DNA of 50,707 bases from Candidatus Onthoplasma sp. (GTDB lineage: Bacteria > Bacillota > Clostridia > Christensenellales > UBA1242), in contig JAZLCR010000019.1 of NCBI GenBank assembly GCA_045614345.1, positions 1 to 50,707 on the forward strand, read 5' to 3'. Of this stretch, positions 44,584 through 50,707 are shown in pieces. Every line of letters begins with the position of its first letter. Positions within the stretch are counted from its first letter, which is position 1. Made by a program: the position numbers and the translations under genes. The notes under the pieces were generated by a model. The model saw only the letters and a program-made list of their open reading frames with translations. It ran no database searches and was not told the origin of the DNA.

Positions 44584-47500
44584 TTATCTTTTATCATCTT
44601 TTGGCGGTTTATTATTTTGTTGCAAATTAGGTCTCATCGGTCTTACGTTTGTTTGCCCTACAACTGGCCTTTGCGGTTCCACCTTCCTAAGTCCAATATT
44701 TGACCTATTTTCACTTTGCACAGGTCTACCTTGTTGAGTGTTTGGTCTTGCCATTTGTTGTGGAGGTCTTTGCATATTTAGGTTCATCGGCCGACTTGGC
44801 AACGTTCTTTGTTGATTCACGTTTGTGTTTTTTGCTATTTGGCTTGATTGCAAACTAGGACTTCTCCTTAATATTTGTTGTCCAGATGTGTTTGTCGACA
44901 CTGTCCTTTGTACCATATTTGTATTGGAAGGTCTCACTTGCATCGGCTTTTGCATCATATTATGGTTAACTGGTCGATGTTGAACATTACCTTGAATATG
45001 TCTAGACATCCCTACGTTTTGTCTTTCAATTGTGTGATTTACAGGTTTTTGTGAAATTGATCGTTGACTCACATTTAAGCCTTCTGATCTGCTTTTAATT
45101 GGTTGATATGAAGTTAAAGGAATTTTATTTTCAGATCTTTGTTTTTTTGATTTTCTAGGCACTCTTTCCTCTTTTTCTTCTTTGAATTTCATTCTAACTT
45201 TTTTCTTTTTTGTTAAATGTTTTTCGTGTTCATAGTCACCAATTCTTGTTTCTTTTTCTGACTCAAAAGTGTTTTTAATAGATTTATCAACCTTCTTATT
45301 TCTAACTTTTCTTTTGATTTTAACAATTATGATAATAAGAACGATTGCAATAACAATTCCACCTAAAACAATGCCTATTGTTACTATATCAACTCCAAAT
45401 AACATTATTTTAGTTTTTTCCAAAACCACTTCAATACTTAAGTTTTGTTTAACATTGTTTATTGTTATACTGTTATTAACAACCTCAACGCTGTTGCCGT
45501 TAACATAAACCTTTTCAACTTTCCATCCTATTCTAACATCAATGTTTATAGTTATATCTTCACCATAAACAACCGAATTAAGATCTTTGTCTGAGACTAC
45601 ACTTGCATTATCATCAATGCTTAATGAAATTGAAAATTTTATGATTTCAAACTCAACTGTGATTGTGTAGTCTTTATCAATATTGTTCAATTTAACGGAA
45701 TCAACAGCACCCAAACTTTCATTATTAATTCGTACATCTGCAATTTTATATCCATCATTTGGTGTGATTTTAAATTCCAAATCATCGCCATGATTAACTT
45801 TGGTTGTTCCTTGTGGGTTTATTGTTCCATTCCCTATCGCCTTTGCTATTATGTCATATTTTGCAATATCAAATGTAACGTTAATGATGTGGTTATCTAA
45901 AATATTTGAAAGCGTATATCTATTATTTAAAACATACGATGTAAAATCCAGTCCATCAATTTCAAATTTGCTTAACTTATACCCTGGATTAGGACTGAAA
46001 GTTAACTCTAAGCTTCCATTATAATTTACCTTTCTATTTGTTGAAGGTGAAATTGTTCCATTTTCTGTCGGATTTATTGTTATTGTGAACGTTTTAACTT
46101 CAGCAACTGCTGTAAACTTAATGTCTGAACTTGGCATTACAAATGTATGAGTCATGTTAACACCATTTGGGAAAACACTAGTGTCTGAGCTTTTCCAATG
46201 GCTCCATATATAACCAACATTTAACGTTGCAGATATTGTAACACTTTCTCCAAACATGAATGTTCCAGCACCCGCAACACTTTGCACTCCTGACCCTGTT
46301 GCTAATGTAACCTTAAAAACATCTCTATCATATAGGATATCAACAACTGTACTTCCATCTCCTAGAATTGTTTTTTGTGTTATTGATTGAGCTGTATATC
46401 CCTGATATGTTTTTGCTGTTGCTGTTGTTAAGGTACCTGTTTCACCCCTTTTTGATGTATCTGTTTGATTTAATTTATAATACTTTCCATCAAATTCTGT
46501 TGCATCATCTTGAGTTGGGCTTTGTTTCCAATGTTTAACAATGTATTTTGTGTCAGTATTTGGGGCAAAACTAGCACTTATTGTGTGATTTGAAGTTATG
46601 TTTGTGAAATTATATTCTTCTAAATTTTCTGTGTAAACTACACCGTCAATAAGTAAATACTCAACATGGTATCCAACATTAGCTGTTACTGTGAAACTCG
46701 CATCAGTTCCGTGATAATATCTAACTTGAGGCTCACTTATGCTTCCGTTTTCAGTTTGAACAACTGTGATCACATAAGATTTCACATCAAACTTTGCATA
46801 ATAAGTTCTATCTCCTAAATCGGTTGTTGATATACTTATAACTGCCTCTCCTTCATAATTTGTATTATCATACCAACCAACAAAATCCAATCCTTCTTTT
46901 AACACCTCTCCGGGAAGAGCTGCTCCAACACCATACGTATATTGACTTGGTGTTAAACTTAAAACACTTCCATCGTCGTTGATATAGATAATATTATACA
47001 CATTTGGAGCAAACTCAACTTCAACTTTATGGTTGGCTTTAATAGATGTAAATGTATATCCTGATGAAATTGCATTTGTTAAGTCGTCACCTGTTAATGC
47101 AACACCATCAACTAAAATACTTTCTACATGATATCCAGTATTTGCTGTGAATGTTATTAATAAATCTTCTAGATAGGTGACTTGACTTTCTCCATTAGGT
47201 GTTACAGAACCATTTCCTGTTGCTGAAGCCGTTATGGTGTATTTACTGACATCAAACTTTGCATAATAGGTTTTATTTCCCATTTCAAGTTTTGATATTT
47301 CTGTTATAATATCACCTTCGAAATTCTCGTTATCATACCACCCAACAAAAGAATGTCCTTCTTTTGTGACATTTGTTGGCAAAATAAATCCCACTCCGTA
47401 TGTGTAAAGATTTGGAGTGACATTTAATTGTGTTCCATCCGAATCAAGATATGCTATGTTATATTTATTTGGCATAAAATTTGCTTCAATTGTGTGATTT

Positions 47501-50500
47501 TTGCTTATTGAAGAGAATTTATATCCTTGTGTTGCAGCTTTTTGAACATCAGACGAACTAAGATAAGATCCGTCAACTTTAACACTTGAAAGATAATATC
47601 CTAAATTTGGAGTAAACTTATAGGTTTGAGATAGTCCACTTGAATATAGGGTATTTCCACTTGGAGAAATTTGTCCAAATTGATTTGTTGTTGATGTTAT
47701 TAAATATTTATTTGTTAATGACTCTCTGCTATAAATATAATAACCATTAAGACTTGTAGAATAATTGAAACTAATAATACTTAATAAAGAACTTGCAATT
47801 GACTGTTTTGAAAATATTGTGTGTAATTTATTCTTCAAACCTGAACCCATAAAATTTGATAAAAATTGAAGTGTGAGACTAGATGTGAAATTAATCGTTA
47901 AATTTATAGAACTATTTGAATCGTTTGGGGTGAAACATCCAGTGCTAAAATTTGTGCTTACCGAATTTAAAATTACATTATCAAATGTAGCATTATAGAA
48001 CAAATATTGCGGAACTGTCTTAACATTATAATCTATTTCTATTGTGTTAATGTGTCCCCACACCTGTTTTAAGCTATAGACATCGCCCTCATTAATATAA
48101 TATCCCGAATCTGAACAATTGAGAGCTTTATAATACAAATAATTAACTTCAGAATTTAAAAAAGCTTCCTTATTTATTGTCGTGATTGAACTTGGTATTA
48201 ATAAATTGTTAATTTTAGCACCGCTCATTACACCTTCTTCAACTGTTGTAATTGAATAAGTTGTGCCATTAATTGCAACCCTATCATTAATATAACAATT
48301 GACATTTTCATTTCCACAAGCAAAGGCAACAATTGCCCCTTTTGAATAAACAGCCTGTTCATCCGTGTAAAAATTTTTATTGTTTTTGTGCAACTTAAAA
48401 CGAGTTATCTTACACATATCAAATGCTCCAGCACCTATTGTTGAAACATTTTCACCTATCTCAAACACTCCTGTTAAACTTTCACACTTTGAAAACATTC
48501 TTTCAGGAATTGATAATAATTTTGGCAAATTTGCGTATTTTAAGTTTTTACAATTACTAAAAGCATAACTAGCCGTTTCTTCTAATACTGGGAAAAATGC
48601 ACCCTCCGTTTCACTGCCTGATGGTTCCTCATTTGCAACAAATGGCAACTTCTCACAATGATCAAATGCTTCACTATATAGCACAGAAACTGATGGGGCA
48701 TAAATATATGTAAGATCTCTACAATATTGAAATGCCTGTGGATTTATGCTCATGCATGCATTTGGCAACGTTATACTTTCAATATTTGAAAATTTAAATA
48801 GATTCGAACCCAAACCTAAAACTCTTTTATTCTTAATCTTTGTTGGAAGAATTAATTTTTCAAAATGACCCGTATAAGATATTAAATTTCCATAATTATT
48901 AATAGTAAAATAACTGTCAATTGATGCTAATGAATTAAAATATGAAATGTTATATAAATTTGTTCTCTCAACAATTTCACCATTTTCAACTTTCACACCT
49001 ATTGCAAAAATTGATATTGAATCACTAATTGTAATCGCTGATTCATATGTGTTGCTATTTGCATATGTTGGAATAAATTCGTTTGTTGTATAAATTATTT
49101 GGAAACTTGGATCTGAACATCTAATCTCTAATGAAAATTGATTTTCAAAGTTTTCATGTTCATTATACTCGTTTACTAATGTGTTATCTCTATAAAAAGA
49201 TAATGTTTCTGTTTCCTCGGTTTCGAAATACTTTAGATTTAACATTCCATGACCATAGTATATATCTTTACCAGGTTCCCACATATCTAGACTGTTATCA
49301 TAAAGTAACTGCTCCATCTCGATTGCAGTAAATCCTGATGGAATGTCTGGATTCAAACTCAACAATGCCACCACGCCGGCAACTTGTGGTGATGCCATGG
49401 ATGTTCCACTTTTATACACCAAAGAAGTTGTGCTGGCAGAGTCTGTTGATGAAATACCTGCAGATAAAATACTTGATCCTGGGGCAGAAATGTCAACGAT
49501 CTTTCCATAGTTTGAATAACTATTATCAAAAACGTATTTGTTTGTTGTTTTTTCCTTAAGTGAAGAAACAACAACCGCTTTTAAGCCTTCAATATCATTT
49601 TCAAAATAATCATTACCTGCGGATGTTATTGGTAATATGTTTGCATTTATCATAGGCGTGTAACACTGAGTGTTAAAGGTGTTTCTTTCACTTTCACTAG
49701 ACTTTCCAGCACCGCCAAAACTTAAATTAGTGCAAACAATGTTATACTGTGATGAATAGATATTTACTACCCTCTTATATGCTGCAATAAAATCAGAAGT
49801 ATATCCATATCCGTTGGCAGCACCAACTTTTATTGGTAAAATTTTCACATTGTTAGGAGTTAAATCACAAACGATTCCCGCAACGTGAGTTCCATGGCTA
49901 TGATCATCTTCAAAGCTATATTTATTTGTGTCGTCACTATCAAATGCAAGATTACTATAACTATATCGATACACTGAATCACGATAAGAAAAACCTTTAA
50001 TCTTGCCGTTTTCATCTGTTAATAACCTGTTGTAAAACATTTGATGAGATGTGTTGATTCCTGTATCCATAACAACAACCACCACTTCTTTTGAAACACT
50101 TCTCGCATTAAGGAATCTTCTGTATCCACCGACATCTATCGCTTTTGGACCCCAGTTTGTGTAACCAGAATATGAATAGTCTTGTTCTGCATATTTGTCA
50201 ACTTTTTCAATTTTATCAACTATTACATCTAACGATTGATTTTGCGTTAATTTGTTATATGCTTGTTTGGTGTTGTCCTTGGAAGCATAACAAAGAATAT
50301 GTAAGTTATTATATGAAATAGCGTTAATTGCGCCATAAGTTTCTACAAGATTTCCTTGAACAATCAAACGTTTTAAAGCGAATTCATCATCCTCTTCATT
50401 TAAATATTCAAATGTGTTAGACTCTTCAATTGAATTTATGTTTGAGTAAGCCTGAGGTGAATTGTTTAATTCCATAATCGCTTGTTCAAATTCCAGAAAT

Positions 50501-50634
50501 TTTTCTATTTCACTCTCATCTCCTTGAACAAATTCTGCATTTACAGTTGATCTGTTCGCTGGAAAAAAAACAAATGCCAATGCACTAGAAATTAATATAA
50601 AACATATTGTGAAAATTTTCAAAATTTTCTTCAT
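44584..50634 (-). CDS. giant membrane-anchored surface protein: S8 subtilisin-like protease + BspA-type LRR + tandem Ig-like/B-repeat modules + TM + disordered tail
   Basis: Signal peptide (cleavage near VNA-EF) and an I9-like propeptide. S8 triad: D190 (VVVMDTGIN), H247 (HGTHVAG), S412 (GTSMASPQVAG), with N341 (SAGND). LRR segment lies at about 47950-48900. At least 7 Ig-like modules and two GWYDN-containing repeats follow. One TM near aa 1743-1771, then a 245-aa tail. No LPXTG. AGGGG SD. Confidence 0.9.
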   Translation of the reverse strand: MKKILKIFTICFILISSALAFVFFPANRSTVNAEFVQGDESEIEKFLEFEQAIMELNNSPQAYSNINSIEESNTFEYLNEEDDEFALKRLIVQGNLVETYGAINAISYNNLHILCYASKDNTKQAYNKLTQNQSLDVIVDKIEKVDKYAEQDYSYSGYTNWGPKAIDVGGYRRFLNARSVSKEVVVVVMDTGINTSHQMFYNRLLTDENGKIKGFSYRDSVYRYSYSNLAFDSDDTNKYSFEDDHSHGTHVAGIVCDLTPNNVKILPIKVGAANGYGYTSDFIAAYKRVVNIYSSQYNIVCTNLSFGGAGKSSESERNTFNTQCYTPMINANILPITSAGNDYFENDIEGLKAVVVSSLKEKTTNKYVFDNSYSNYGKIVDISAPGSSILSAGISSTDSASTTSLVYKSGTSMASPQVAGVVALLSLNPDIPSGFTAIEMEQLLYDNSLDMWEPGKDIYYGHGMLNLKYFETEETETLSFYRDNTLVNEYNEHENFENQFSLEIRCSDPSFQIIYTTNEFIPTYANSNTYESAITISDSISIFAIGVKVENGEIVERTNLYNISYFNSLASIDSYFTINNYGNLISYTGHFEKLILPTKIKNKRVLGLGSNLFKFSNIESITLPNACMSINPQAFQYCRDLTYIYAPSVSVLYSEAFDHCEKLPFVANEEPSGSETEGAFFPVLEETASYAFSNCKNLKYANLPKLLSIPERMFSKCESLTGVFEIGENVSTIGAGAFDMCKITRFKLHKNNKNFYTDEQAVYSKGAIVAFACGNENVNCYINDRVAINGTTYSITTVEEGVMSGAKINNLLIPSSITTINKEAFLNSEVNYLYYKALNCSDSGYYINEGDVYSLKQVWGHINTIEIDYNVKTVPQYLFYNATFDNVILNSVSTNFSTGCFTPNDSNSSINLTINFTSSLTLQFLSNFMGSGLKNKLHTIFSKQSIASSLLSIISFNYSTSLNGYYIYSRESLTNKYLITSTTNQFGQISPSGNTLYSSGLSQTYKFTPNLGYYLSSVKVDGSYLSSSDVQKAATQGYKFSSISKNHTIEANFMPNKYNIAYLDSDGTQLNVTPNLYTYGVGFILPTNVTKEGHSFVGWYDNENFEGDIITEISKLEMGNKTYYAKFDVSKYTITASATGNGSVTPNGESQVTYLEDLLITFTANTGYHVESILVDGVALTGDDLTNAISSGYTFTSIKANHKVEVEFAPNVYNIIYINDDGSVLSLTPSQYTYGVGAALPGEVLKEGLDFVGWYDNTNYEGEAVISISTTDLGDRTYYAKFDVKSYVITVVQTENGSISEPQVRYYHGTDASFTVTANVGYHVEYLLIDGVVYTENLEEYNFTNITSNHTISASFAPNTDTKYIVKHWKQSPTQDDATEFDGKYYKLNQTDTSKRGETGTLTTATAKTYQGYTAQSITQKTILGDGSTVVDILYDRDVFKVTLATGSGVQSVAGAGTFMFGESVTISATLNVGYIWSHWKSSDTSVFPNGVNMTHTFVMPSSDIKFTAVAEVKTFTITINPTENGTISPSTNRKVNYNGSLELTFSPNPGYKLSKFEIDGLDFTSYVLNNRYTLSNILDNHIINVTFDIAKYDIIAKAIGNGTINPQGTTKVNHGDDLEFKITPNDGYKIADVRINNESLGAVDSVKLNNIDKDYTITVEFEIIKFSISLSIDDNASVVSDKDLNSVVYGEDITINIDVRIGWKVEKVYVNGNSVEVVNNSITINNVKQNLSIEVVLEKTKIMLFGVDIVTIGIVLGGIVIAIVLIIIIVKIKRKVRNKKVDKSIKNTFESEKETRIGDYEHEKHLTKKKKVRMKFKEEKEERVPRKSKKQRSENKIPLTSYQPIKSRSEGLNVSQRSISQKPVNHTIERQNVGMSRHIQGNVQHRPVNHNMMQKPMQVRPSNTNMVQRTVSTNTSGQQILRRSPSLQSSQIAKNTNVNQQRTLPSRPMNLNMQRPPQQMARPNTQQGRPVQSENRSNIGLRKVEPQRPVVGQTNVRPMRPNLQQNNKPPKDDKR
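45409..47710 (-). repeat. intragenic tandem domain repeats (Ig-like 'TxxGxGxISP...GY' modules alternating with GWYDN 'Listeria-Bacteroides'-type repeats)
   Basis: The GWYDN codons recur at about 46870 and about 47338 (465-nt / 155-aa period). Modules of the form xxTxNGxIxPxGxxxVxxGxxxxFxxxPxxGYxxxxxxVDG recur at least 7 times at the protein level. The DNA copies are diverged. Confidence 0.6.
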
Positions 50635-50707
50635 TAATTTGCCCCTTAATATTTAATATTATTTTAACAAAACGTGGCAGAAAAAACAACAAAATCTTAC
50701 ATTTTGT

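Noticed and set aside
1-50707. tRNA, rRNA, CRISPR arrays, transposases, integrases, prophage or classical defence genes
   Set aside because: I scanned both strands for T-loop signatures (GGTTCGAATCC or its complement), regularly spaced repeats and recombinase-like ORFs, and found none. The only duplicated DNA segments seen are the ftsW ghost and the dinB 5' copy.
1-50707. Mollicute-type genetic code 4 (TGA = Trp), suggested by the very low G+C
   Set aside because: TGA terminates well-delimited genes (for example murA at 16969-16971, in an ATGA overlap with divIB). Trp positions in conserved motifs are TGG. All housekeeping ORFs have normal lengths under code 11.

Overview
AT-rich (by eye about one-third G+C, not computed) chromosomal segment of a low-GC Gram-positive (Bacillota-type) bacterium. 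It uses the standard code: TGA acts as a stop (e.g. murA) and Trp is TGG. There are about 45 genes, most on the minus strand, and the content is mainly core housekeeping. Core content: infC-rpmI-rplT behind an L20-leader-like attenuator; a threonine-specific T-box leader driving SDR-TSCPD-thrS-HD hydrolase; a NitT/TauT-type ABC transporter; a division/cell-wall (dcw) cluster (phosphoesterase-rsmH-ftsL-like-PBP-murE-mraY-murD-ftsW ... murA-divIB-ftsA-ftsZ); engB; an SOS-boxed dinB; and dnaG-sigA. I recognised no rRNA, tRNA, CRISPR array, transposase or integrase. No clear multi-gene novel system (defence island, mobile element) is visible. The best candidates for something undescribed are: (1) an intact sigma-70-like ORF keeping only the core-binding region 2.1-2.2, translationally wedged between dnaG and sigA; (2) a consensus promoter with an embedded LexA (Cheo) box about 300 nt upstream of dinB, followed by a structured leader, a strong-SD 33-codon uORF that copies the dinB N-terminus, encloses a terminator-like hairpin and ends 5 nt inside dinB; (3) a decayed second copy of the ftsW 3' end marking insertion of a GH29 fucosidase gene into the dcw cluster, next to a SUKH-like / kinase-like / serine-hydrolase cassette where murG-type genes normally sit; (4) a 2016-aa S8 protease-LRR-Ig-repeat surface protein anchored by a C-terminal TM helix with a 245-aa Q/P/N/R-rich cytoplasmic tail; (5) a Thr T-box that controls a YdfG-like SDR and a TSCPD protein ahead of a TGS-less thrS. 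All family calls come from motif recognition by eye and need HMM, covariance-model or BLAST confirmation.
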